Source: a bacterium (GTDB lineage Bacteria > SAR324 > NAC60-12). From it: DNA of 64,000 nucleotides. The notes beneath the pieces were generated by a model. The model was not told the DNA's origin, made no database searches, and worked only from the letters and a program-made list of their open reading frames with translations. Positions 40,694-50,932 of the stretch are shown here, one piece after another (within the stretch, counting starts at the first letter, position 1; every line of letters starts with the position of its first letter). A program made the translations under genes and the position numbers. Where the stretch lies: the NCBI GenBank assembly GCA_965205865.1, contig CBDBHR010000030.1, positions 64,001 through 128,000 on the forward strand. Reading direction: 5' to 3'.

Positions 40694-42475
40694 ATGAAAA
40701 AGATGAATAATCATAAAAGCAAATCAACCTTCAGTGCAATCCTGCTGTCCCTCATCCTGATGGTGGCTGCCCTCGGGGTGGGTTTGGCCATTGCGGCTGA
40801 GAAAAAGATGGTCAAAGACCCCACAACCGGCGAGATGGTGAGTGCGCCGGAATACGGCGGGACATTGACCTTTCAACAGGGGGGTTTAATCTAAATTGTG
40901 ACCCCTATTTCGGCTATCCAGGCCCAACCGACGGCGTCGGAGAGAAGCTCGGTATCGTGAACTGGGGAGTAGATCGAGACGTATGGGACCTGAAAACGCT
41001 CTTCACGCCCCCCACATACATGAAAGGGAGGCTTGGCGGAGAGCTGGGAAATCTCCCCGGACGGTCTCACCTATACCTTCCACATCCGCAAGGGCGTTCG
41101 CTGGCATGATAAAGCGCCGATGAACGGCCGTCCATTGGCTGCAAAGGATGTCGAGTATAACTTTCACCGTATATTAGGTTGGGGAAAGTTCATAGACGCC
41201 GGACCGACCGCCTTTGGTGGTGCTGACCCACTCAACGTCATCCCCTTCGAATCGATCACGGCCACCGACGATTCGACGGTTGTGATGAAGCTGACGGAGC
41301 CACGCCTCGACGCGCCGCGGGTTTTGCTCCTCGACCAATTTACGACCATAATGCCCCCCGAGGTGATCGAGCAACATGGCGACGTAAAGGATTGGAGGAA
41401 CCTGGTTAGCACCGGGCCCTTTATGCTGACGGACGTGGTCGAGGGGAGCAGCATAACCTATACCAAGAATCCCGACTACTGGGGCTATGACGAAAAGTAC
41501 CCCGAGAAACGCTTGCCCTACGTTGACGAGTTAAGGGGAACGGTTATTACAGAAGACGCCTCAATTCTGGCGGCACTACGCTCAGGCAAGATTGATTTCA
41601 GAACGTGGAGTACTTCTGTAGACTCGGCAGAAAGCATGCGGAAGACAAACCCCGAGATCGCGGTGCACACGATATGGTTTCGGTCCAGTGATTCTTTTGC
41701 TCCTGACCATCGCAGGCCGCCCTTCAACGACATCAACGTGCGCCGCGCCATGCAGATGGCGCTGGACAACGAGAACATCGCGGCGACTTACTGGAAGGGT
41801 TTTGCAGACCCGACACCTGCGGGGATGGTAGGGGTGGACGGGTACTACATCCCCTTCGAGCAGTGGGACGAAGAGGTCAATCAATACTACCTGTATGATC
41901 CGGAAGCTACCGAGGAGCTTCTGGATAAGGCTGGCTATCCGCGCGGCGCCGACGGCACGAGATTCAAGACCACCCTGAACTACGGGTCTTGGGCAACCTT
42001 GGACTTTGCATAAATTGCTGCCGCCTATTGGTCTGAGATTGGCGTCGAGGTCGAGATTGATGCACTGACCTGTGCCGAATATCACGAGAGGCTATTCGGG
42101 CGTACCGGGGAAGGCATGTACAGTGCCATTTCGGGCAAAAAATTCGATCCTATCATGGTGGTAGGTTGGTATCACTCGGATTCACAGTGGAACCGCGGCG
42201 GATCCCAGTGGCCTGAGTTGGACGCCATGGTCTGAGCCGCCCTGAGCGCTCGTACGCCCGAGGAGGCGCAGGGGCTGATTGCCGAGACAGACGAGTACGC
42301 GATATCGCGGCACTGGCTGATATGGGGTCCCATGTCCCCAATATTCTACTACGCCCAGCCGTGGGTTGTCGGCTACAACGGTGAACTCGACAACGGCTTA
42401 GGGTGGGGGAAAGATGCAACACTGTTCGCCCGCCTCTGGATCGATAGTGCGCTGAAGAAAGAAATGGGGCACTAG
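40694..42475 (+). pseudogene. Family-5 ABC substrate-binding protein (multiple lesions), paralog of 8510-10287
   Basis: Frameshifts near 40890 and 41033; stops at 42011 and 42233. Confidence 0.88.
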
Positions 42476-42569
42476 CGGGTTTCAAGCTGGGGGCCCCAAG
42501 GCCCCCGCATTGCTTCCGAGCCCCGCTTTAGAGCGCCTTCCCAATCACATCCACCACTCCGAATTTGTC

Positions 42570-43746
42570 ATGAGAGCGTATATCATCCGGCGCTTACTGC
42601 TGATCGTCCCGACCCTGTTCATCTTGAGCATCCTGGTCTTTCTCTCGGTGCGCTTCATCCCGGGAGATGCCATAGACGCAATGTTGGGTAAGTCCGAATT
42701 CATGGCCGCGGAGGTGGACCGTGACGCGCTCGAGCGCATGCTCGGACTGGATGTGCCCGTCCACGTGCAGTATGGACGCTGGATTGGAGACATCCTCCGG
42801 CACGGCAGCCTCGGCCACTCACTGATTGGCAACCGTGGAGCGGTGGAGGAGAAGATCATCGAAAGGCTGCCGGTGACCATCGAGCTCGGTGTGCTGGCAA
42901 TCTTCATCGGGCTGGCGATCGCGCTGCCGGTCGGCATTTACTCGGCGATGCGCCAGGATACCGCCGCCGACTACGCGGGGCGCTCAGTCGCCATCCTCGG
43001 GCTGGCCACGCCCAACTTCTGGCTGGCAACCATGGTGGTGCTCTACCCGGCCCTTCGGGGCTCGTATTTCCTTAGTGGTGGGTCTGGCCGCAACCACGCT
43101 CAATGTGTTGGTCGCGCTCCTGGTAGGCGGCACGTCCGGATTCCTTGGGGGGAGAGTGGACCTGGCTGCGCAACGCTTTGTCGATGCCTGGATGGCTTTC
43201 CCGGGGCTGCTGCTCTTGTTAACCATCATGTCGGTCGTGGGGCAGGGCTTGCTCCAGATCATCGTGGTCCTGGGGATCGCTGGCGGCACCGGGGGCTCCC
43301 GAGTCGTGCGAGGGGCGGTGATCGGCATCAAAGAGAATGACTATTTTCTAGTAGCCTGGGCCGTGGGCACCCCCACGAGCCAAATCCTGACCCGCCATGT
43401 GCTGCCCAATATCATGGCACCGATCATCATCATCTTCTCAATCAATATCGGCGGGGTCATCATTGCCGAAGCCTCGCTGAGCTTCCTGGGATTCGGGCTG
43501 CCCATCAAGGTTCCCAGCTGGGAAGGGATGCTCAGCCGCGAAGGGCGCCGCTTCATGGAGCAAGCCCCCTGGCTGGCCTTCTGGCCGGGGCTTTTCCTCA
43601 CGATTGTCGTCTACTCCCTCAACATGTTCGGCGACGCCCTCAGGGACCTGCTCGGCCCCCGACTGAAGGGCGGTCAGGGCAGCTACGGCGCCGCAAAGAA
43701 ACGCAAACGAGGCCTCCTCGCCCGACTGATCAACCCCATTGGTTAA
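42570..43746 (+). pseudogene. DppB-like 5' half fused by deletion to DppC-like 3' part
   Basis: Junction ctctacccggcccttcggggctcgt at ~43050. Confidence 0.88.
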
Positions 43747-44100
43747 CGCTGTCTCTCGGAGGCGGACGAATGCTCTGACGATATAAACACTCATTTTATT
43801 GGTCTGGGCCGAATTAAGAACATTTGCCGCCTGCAAGGCTCCATGACGCGCCAGGCAATCCAACGCTTTTTGAAAAAAAGTCAACTCAAGGGGTTGACAT
43901 CTTCCTCCTGAAATTGTATTAGTTGGAAAGTATTTTGGGAAGGCGATAAAATGAAAAAAATCAGCTTCCTGAGCAATCTTGTTGTCATCCCCTCTTCATG
44001 ACTCGTGAGTCGAAAGTTCTCGAGGGTCATCCGAGAAGGCTTCCCACTCGAGGGAGTAAAGAAGGGGGGGAATGATTAATCTGTAATAGGGAGTAATCTT

Positions 44101-44565
44101 ATGAAATCGAAGTTCAAGTTCAAGCGGTTGGATCACATAGGATTAGCAACGGCCGATGCTGAAAGATTCCTCGATTTCTACAGCGGAATCCTCGGCTTTG
44201 AAGTCCGGGAGCGGTGGACGGTGAAAGGCAATGAGCGGTTGAAAGAGGTGGCCAACCTTTCACTCAACGCTCCGAAGGCCGGGGAAGATGGCTCGATCAT
44301 CGAGTTGTTTTCGATCGACCCGGATGCGCCGGCCAATCCCGATTACAAGGAACCTGCCCTGGAGCAGACCGGCTTTCGGCTCCTCGCGCTCGAAGTTGAC
44401 GACATGGACGAAGCGATTGCCTATCTCGAGAGTAAAGGTATCGAAGTCCACTCGGCGCACCCGAGCAATCCGGCTCGCTGGTTCAGGGACCCGGATGGGA
44501 ACCAGATCGTCGTCTTCCCCTCCAGCGTCTATCATATGTACAAGAGACTGGATGAAACCCATTAG
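44101..44565 (+). CDS. VOC/glyoxalase family protein (copy of 12545-13009)
   Basis: Two amino-acid differences from the first copy. Confidence 0.9.
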   Translation: MKSKFKFKRLDHIGLATADAERFLDFYSGILGFEVRERWTVKGNERLKEVANLSLNAPKAGEDGSIIELFSIDPDAPANPDYKEPALEQTGFRLLALEVDDMDEAIAYLESKGIEVHSAHPSNPARWFRDPDGNQIVVFPSSVYHMYKRLDETH

Positions 44566-44575
44566 AGGAGTTTCT

Positions 44576-45553
44576 ATGACAGGGACCCTGGAACAGCGCT
44601 CCTTCGGGCGTACAGGTGAGACGGTCGGCGTTGTCGGGCTGGGTGGCGCCGCTTTGTATAAGCACTCCTATGAACAAGGGGTAGAAACCGTCAAACATGC
44701 GCTTGATCTGGGTGTTAGCTATTTCGATACCTCTCCCGCTTACGGTAAAGCGGGCGAGGATGGCCGTTGGATAGACAGGTGTAAATCGCAGTTAATCATG
44801 GGTGAGGGGCTTGATGGGACCACGAAACCGCATCTCCTTGCTACAAAGCTAATAGACTATACGACGGTAGAAGACTGTCTCGCCCAAATACAAGACAACC
44901 TACGTGCTCTGCGTCGCGATAGGGTCGACGTACTCCTGGGGCACGACATAGAGAAGGCAAAAGCCTGGATACCCGACGCGCGGGACGATAGCCGGCTTCT
45001 CGACCTGGATGAGGAGTTCGACTACCAGAACGCAACCCTCATTCAGGCGCTTCGTGAAGCAAAGGCGCAGGGGCTGTGCCGTTACATTGGCCTCAGTTCA
45101 AACCAGTCCGCGCCCTTGGCTCAGGTCCTGAACCGGGTAAAACTCGACATGTGCCTGTCGGCTCACGAGTATTCGCTGCTGGCCCGCCGTTCCCCGCAGG
45201 TGATGCTGCCGGTCATTCGTGAGCAGGGGATTGCTTATGTCGTGGGAGGAATTTTCTCCAACGTTGGTCTGGGCGTGTCAAATGAAGCCTCGCCGTTTCA
45301 GCTCGCCCCCAAAGGTCCTCTGGCTCAGGTTGGCGGGATATTCGCGGATGCTCGCCTCCTCGAGTTGGCCCGGGCGACTGGTATTTCGGTCGCAGCATTG
45401 ACGGTTCGCTTTTTGATCGCTAATAAAGAACTGTCGACCATCCTTGTGGGTGCGTCCACACCCGAGGAACTCGAGGAGAGCGTCGTGGCCGCGCAGGCAG
45501 GTCCGCTCCCGTCTGATATTCAGCAAACCCTGGAAGCGCTCACCTCGCCATGA
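44576..45553 (+). CDS. Aldo/keto reductase, diverged paralog of 13020-13958
   Basis: GVSYFDTSPAYG, ATK, LLGHD. Confidence 0.9.
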   Translation: MTGTLEQRSFGRTGETVGVVGLGGAALYKHSYEQGVETVKHALDLGVSYFDTSPAYGKAGEDGRWIDRCKSQLIMGEGLDGTTKPHLLATKLIDYTTVEDCLAQIQDNLRALRRDRVDVLLGHDIEKAKAWIPDARDDSRLLDLDEEFDYQNATLIQALREAKAQGLCRYIGLSSNQSAPLAQVLNRVKLDMCLSAHEYSLLARRSPQVMLPVIREQGIAYVVGGIFSNVGLGVSNEASPFQLAPKGPLAQVGGIFADARLLELARATGISVAALTVRFLIANKELSTILVGASTPEELEESVVAAQAGPLPSDIQQTLEALTSP

Positions 45554-45811
45554 CCTCGTCACTTTCTCTTGACAGACCCATTTTCAAATGTTATCGTCTT
45601 AGGTCATTTTTTATTATGCTATGGGGCCATTATGATAATTGCTTGATGCTGAAATTCTCGAAGCGAATCCAATGTTCCTCATTGTTCTTTATTTCCGCTT
45701 TTGCTATAGTGCTCCCTTGATACTATGTGAGAAACGAGGTAGACGATGACAGCAGCCCTACAACAAACGTTCAAAAGGCACTCGTGAAAAGGATTGCAAG
45801 GGGGGGAGACT

Positions 45812-47242
45812 ATGCTGGGAAGACAAAGACCATCCGATTTTAAAGAGCTTCATTTTAAGCCATTGCTGGAGGTAGCCGCCCTCCTGCAAAACCGGGACAT
45901 TTCTTCAGTCGAATTGACCCAATCTCTCCTGAAGCGCATTGAATCCCTGGATGGGAGGCAGAAAAGTTATGCCACGGTGATGGCCGAGCAGGCCCTGGCT
46001 GCAGCGGAGCTGGCAGATCAGGAGCTGGCGGAGAGCAAGTATCGGGGTCCTTTACATGGGATCCCTATCGCGGTGAAAGATCTGTGTTTTACGAAGGGGA
46101 TCCGAACGATGGGGGGAACGGCGTTACTGGCCGATCATATTCCCAACGAAGATGCGACTGTCGTGACACGGCTGGCAGAAGCAGGGGCTGTTTTGCTGGG
46201 CAAGCTCAATCTGACTGAAGGAGCCATGGGGGGCTATCATCCTCACTTTGAGATTCCGTTGAATCCCTGGAATCCGGGCGTGTGGTCGGGGGCTTCCTCC
46301 AGCGGATCAGGGGTTGCTACCGCGGCAGGACTGGCCTATGGGACCCTGGGAAGCGACACGGGCGGCTCCATCCGCTTCCCGGCTGCCGCCTGTGGGGTCG
46401 TGGGCTTGAAGCCAACCTGGGGCAGAGTCAGCCGCTATGGAGTTCTGGCCCTGGCAGAGTCGCTGGACCATGTCGGTCCACTGACCCGCAGAACCGCCGA
46501 TGCGGCAGTGATGCTCCAGGCAATCGCCGGTCACGATCCGAAAGACCCTACCTCGCTTCCTGTCCCGGTTCCGGACATGGTGAAAAACCTGAATGCCGGG
46601 GTGAAAGGTGTCCGGATAGGGTTCGATGAACAAGGTCTGGGGCAACACGCCGATGCGGAGTTGACCGAAGCTGTCGCTTCCGGAGTGCGGGTCTTAGAGC
46701 AGCTTGGCGCCGAAGTGATCGAAATTCAGTTCCCCGATGTGGATGAATTTTTACCCGCCTGGCCCACCCTCTGCTCTGCCGAAGCGGTATTAGCCCATGA
46801 AGCGACCTATCCCTCCCGTTGTGATGAGTATGGGCCCTGGTTTCGCGGTTGGCTGGATATGGGAGCAAAGGTCAGTGGCGCAGAGTACGCCAGGGCCAAT
46901 AACCTGAGGGCTGCCTGCAATGGCCGGTTTCGAGAAATCTTTGAGACCATTGATGTGTTGGCTTGTCCCTCGATGCCCGGACCCCCATTTCCGGTGACCC
47001 CTGAAAAGTTATATGGCCCCATGGATGAATATGACCCTTCTTTGCAAAGATTCACCATACCTTTTGATTTCAATGGCACTCCGACACTCTCGGTTCCGTG
47101 TGGGTTCAATCAGGACGGCTTGCCCCTGTCCCTCCAGTTCGTCGGACACCCGCTCAGGGAACCTCTCCTTTGCCAGGTCGGCCATGCCTACGAGCAGGCG
47201 ACGGAATGGCATACCCTGCAACCGAATTTAGAAGAGGGATAG
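45812..47242 (+). CDS. Amidase signature family enzyme (intact)
   Basis: PIAVKD, GASSSGSG, GSDTGGSIRFPAAACGVVGLKPT. Confidence 0.95.
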   Translation: MLGRQRPSDFKELHFKPLLEVAALLQNRDISSVELTQSLLKRIESLDGRQKSYATVMAEQALAAAELADQELAESKYRGPLHGIPIAVKDLCFTKGIRTMGGTALLADHIPNEDATVVTRLAEAGAVLLGKLNLTEGAMGGYHPHFEIPLNPWNPGVWSGASSSGSGVATAAGLAYGTLGSDTGGSIRFPAAACGVVGLKPTWGRVSRYGVLALAESLDHVGPLTRRTADAAVMLQAIAGHDPKDPTSLPVPVPDMVKNLNAGVKGVRIGFDEQGLGQHADAELTEAVASGVRVLEQLGAEVIEIQFPDVDEFLPAWPTLCSAEAVLAHEATYPSRCDEYGPWFRGWLDMGAKVSGAEYARANNLRAACNGRFREIFETIDVLACPSMPGPPFPVTPEKLYGPMDEYDPSLQRFTIPFDFNGTPTLSVPCGFNQDGLPLSLQFVGHPLREPLLCQVGHAYEQATEWHTLQPNLEEG

Positions 47243-47279
47243 GCATTGTCTTTTCCAAATAGGCCTTGACCCCTTCTGA

Positions 47280-48145
47280 GGTATCAACTTCTTCGATACC
47301 GCCGATATCTACGCGCATGAACAGTATGGGGTCTGAGGAAACCCTGGGACGCTGGTTTGCCCAGGGGGATGGAAGGCGCGATGCGATCGTGCTGGCAACC
47401 AAGGTCTACAAGGAGTTCTTGAAGGAGGGACTCCGTCCGGAACCGAATCGGCAATCACCGGCGATAGGCGCGGTGAAGATCCGCCGGCAGGTGGAGTCGT
47501 CGCTGCACCGGCTGCAAACCGACGTCATCGATCTCTATCAAATGCACCACATCGACCGGGAGTGTCCCCTGGGAGGAGACCTGGCAGGCCTTCGATACGC
47601 TGGTGAAACAGGGCAAGATCCACTATGTCGGCTCCTCTAACTTTGCCGGATGGCACATTGCCACGGCCTGTCAGGAGGCCTCCCGGCGTAACCTGATGGG
47701 ACTGGCGAGCGAACAGACCAGGTACAACCTTGCTTGCCGTACACCGGAGTTGGAGGTGATCCCCGCCTGCCGGCATTACGGACTGGGATTGCTAACCTAT
47801 AGTCCGGTGCATGGGGGGGTTCTTGGCGGCATTCTGCAAAAACCTCCGAAAGGCGGACGCCGGGAAAAGTCAAAGTACAAAGAATTTCTGAAAAAACACC
47901 GCAACCAGGTCGAACAGTACGAGGCCCTCTGCAAGAAACTGGGTGAGGAGCCTGCCGTGGTGGCCCAGGCCTGGCTCCTGCGCAATCCGGCGGTGACTTC
48001 CGTCATCATTGGGCCTCGCACCCTGGAGCATTTGGAGAGTTCGATCCGGGCGACCGAGATCACCCTGGATGAAGAGACGCTAAAGCAACTCGATGAGTTC
48101 TGGCCAGGACCGGGAAGTGAAGCCCCGGAAGCTTATGCCTGGTAG
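47280..48145 (+). pseudogene. Aldo/keto reductase, N-truncated and frameshifted
   Basis: GINFFDTADIY, VLATKV, LQTDVIDLYQMHH and GKIHYVGSSN lie in different frames. Confidence 0.85.
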
Positions 48146-48365
48146 TCGGATAAAAACTCTATACAGAGGTCACAGACCCCATGAAACGAACGATCCGTGG
48201 GGTTGGGCACTACCGGATTGGAATGGAGAAGGACGGTGAGATCCGGTTTCCGTATGCTGACTTTATCCCCCAAATCCAAAAGAAAGCCCATGTCCAATCC
48301 CATGATTCGCCCTCGAATGAGGGGCTCTGAGAGGAATCACTGATGATGGATTCGCGAGTTTCCAT
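48145..48365 (-). pseudogene. Uma2 remnant, third copy, with its upstream region (to ~48540)
   Basis: Matches 7304-7470 and 7655-7704 with an internal deletion. Confidence 0.85.
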
Positions 48366-48882
48366 GGAGCCTCCATAAGAATGATGGGGAAAAAATACTG
48401 ATTATCAAACATAACATATCAGAGGGGAAACAGCAACTAGTGATAGAGGCGACAGCCATTACGAGTAAAAATTGCTTAACATAAATCGGATATTCCCTAA
48501 AAAATAATCGTTGACTTACTGTTCCGGATCTGAGATAAAATTTAAATGACTAATCGGAAAATTGGTAGTCACCCTCTGGAGTGTTGGTGCGTGTTCTCAG
48601 CAAAATTGACCCTCCGGAGTGTTGTTATTTTGCAAATAGACGGCGTTTTCCGGTGCGTTTCCCCCGGTTTTCAGGGTAACAACACTCAAGAGGGAGACCA
48701 TTTGAAATCAAAAAGCGCCTTTTTCCTTATTTGACATCATGAGCGTTATATTTGGGAGTAACTCGCTGGATCGAAGAAGTGTCGTCCCTCTGGGACTAGC
48801 TGAGGAGGAGGAGGGGTCCTTGGGTGCCCTCTATCTTCCTTCCTGGCTGCTCCATTTCTATAGGATCTTCTTCCTTTAGAAC

Positions 48883-49560
48883 CTACAATAAATGAAATTC
48901 TTTTAGCACGTTTTCAAGAGGCGGGTCGGTGGCGGCCAGTTTGCGTAAAGCAGCAATCAAGTCTTGCAGACGATTGTCTTTTTTGATTTCTTGGACAGCC
49001 TGAGCTACAGCCCGCTCGATCATCGCTTCTTCTTTAGGGACGGCCTCGCGTTCCAGCGTTTCCAGGGTCTCTTCTTTTGCTTTCCGAATAATGGTACGTC
49101 GATCCCAATAAGCAAATCCGATCACTCCCAGGGTCAGGGCCGTAAAAATGCCGGCAATCAGTTGCAACGTATCCATCATCTGTTCAAAGCGTTTATCCAC
49201 TTGTTCAAAGCGCTTATCTACTTGTTCAAAGCGTTTGTTCATATCTTCCCGTAATTCGACAAAGCGCTTGTCCATCTGCTCCGAGCGTTTGTTCATGTCT
49301 TCCTGTAATTCGATAAACCGCTGATCCACCTGTTCAAAGCGTTGATCCACCTGTTCAAAGCGTTGATCGGTGGCTTCCATAAAGAGAGTCAAGGTCGTTT
49401 CCAACCGAATGATGCGCTCTCGATCTTCCTGGGTAAATCCAATGGTGGGTTGTCCATAAACCGGCAGAGCCTGCAGCCCCATGATCCCTGCTCCGAAGAA
49501 CAAGATCCAACATTTTTTCATAACCTCTTTCCCAATCTGAATAGCGACAGTAGGTCCCAT
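48883..49560 (-). CDS. Membrane-anchored coiled-coil protein with DKRFEQV heptads
   Basis: Signal-like N-terminus (likely start 49521), (D/N)(Q/K)RFEQV repeats, TM helix ending GFAYWDRRT. Confidence 0.8.
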   Translation of the reverse strand: MGPTVAIQIGKEVMKKCWILFFGAGIMGLQALPVYGQPTIGFTQEDRERIIRLETTLTLFMEATDQRFEQVDQRFEQVDQRFIELQEDMNKRSEQMDKRFVELREDMNKRFEQVDKRFEQVDKRFEQMMDTLQLIAGIFTALTLGVIGFAYWDRRTIIRKAKEETLETLEREAVPKEEAMIERAVAQAVQEIKKDNRLQDLIAALRKLAATDPPLENVLKEFHLL

Positions 49561-49573
49561 ACCTCCTCTTTGT

Positions 49574-49717
49574 GTAACTATTTAGGTGCGAGTTTCCTGG
49601 GTTTGCGGGTATTTTCCTTGGAAAAAGCGCAAAAAATCATTCACTTTTAAGGTATTTTGACGCAATTTAGAGGTTCTGTCGCCCTCTAGCCCAGTGTTTT
49701 AGCACCTAAATAGTTAC
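49574..49717. mobile_element. 144-bp IS66-type MITE
   Basis: 16-bp perfect TIR gtaactatttaggtgc; 8-bp TSD ctctttgt. Confidence 0.9.
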
Positions 49718-49789
49718 CTCTTTGTTTAACCTTGATGGTGATTGGCCATTATACCCCTTCTTTCCTGACTCTCCATCCTTTTCTTTCCT

Positions 49790-50095
49790 CTCAAAACTCA
49801 AAATTGAATATCCCCCTGCTTGGTATCATGTGATGAATCGGGGCAGACCAGGAAACGGGGTCATTCAGGCTTTGATTCAATCCCCGCTCATTTATTTTGA
49901 TGAAACCTCCCTCTTTGAAAACAAACAACGTCATTGGCTTCACTCGGCCTCGAGCAAAAAATTTACTCGATCGTTTGATCCTCTATGAAAAGGAAAGCTT
50001 GTTGTTCATGCATGACTTTCAAGTTCCTTTTGACAACAACCAAGCCGAGAGAGATATCCGCATGGTCAAATTGAAACAGAAAATCTCCGGCGGCA
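49790..50095 (+). pseudogene. RAYT N-terminal stub fused to deleted IS66 transposase pieces
   Basis: KIEYPPAWYHVMNRGR, then [20 protein letters not shown] and [30 protein letters not shown]. Confidence 0.8.
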
Positions 50096-50400
50096 TGTTT
50101 ACGACGAGCTTGCTCATTCGTGGCGAAGTCTGAAACTAACTGATCCCGTTACGGTGGTGGATAAAACGGGGGTCAGGCGCATAACGTGGTTGGGGACGGA
50201 ACATCAGGAAGGTTAAGCGAGATAAGCAGGGAGACCTCTGCCTTTGGTGAGAGGTAGAGGAGTCAAAACCCTGATAGTACCGTAATGGAGTTGTGTTTGG
50301 CAAGAGGGTAAGGATATTGTGACGCCATCGGGAAACCAGATGGCCAACAGGGAAAACAAACACAAACCCAAGTTGACAAACAGGCTTCATGAAACGCGGA
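50092..50400 (+). mobile_element. Group II intron 5' RNA remnant (putative)
   Basis: gcgaagtctgaaactaactg, gcataacgtg, aagcagggagacctc, gaggagtca..gatagtacc resemble domain I-III motifs; followed by ATG AAA CGC and truncated. Confidence 0.5.
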
Positions 50401-50501
50401 TACCTGATACGAGGTTGGGATATATACCGCAATGACAAAAGAGGGTTGGCATTGACGAAAGAAATGACGGGGTAAATCGCAATGACGAGGAGGAGTGTGA
50501 C

Positions 50502-50815
50502 ATGAGGGCCTATATCATCAGGCGGTTATTGCTGGTAATCCCCACCTTGTATATATTGAGCATCCTGGTCTTTCTCTCCGTCCGCTTCATCCCGGGCGAC
50601 GTAGTAGACGTAATGGCGGCCAGGTAAGGATTTAGCGGGGGATGGCTTTATTGACCGTGAAGCTCTTGAGCATATGCTGGGATTAGACGTGCCTGCCCAC
50701 CTGTAATATGGACGCCGGATAGAAGTGTTGCCGACTCCTGACCGGGTCACCGGTGAGTCCCACTTCAACGGTATCCTCCAGGGCACCCTTGGCGAATTGA
50801 TACTGCCTGGCCATT
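50502..50815 (+). pseudogene. DppB-like permease 5' fragment (copy of 24291 type)
   Basis: MRAYIIRRLLLVIPTLYILS with stops; shares the LPTPD.VTGESH insert. Confidence 0.85.
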
Positions 50816-50932
50816 GGTCGATAAATGCTCTCGTCACTTTCTCTTTACAGACCCATTTTCAAATGTTATCGTCTTGCGTAAATTTTTAATTTTCCTATGT
50901 GAACAGAACACCAGTCAAGCAAGGTAAGTTTT

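Noticed and set aside
8510-48540. Diversity-generating retroelement behind paralog variation
   Set aside because: No reverse transcriptase ORF, and differences are not confined to adenines or to a short TR/VR pair
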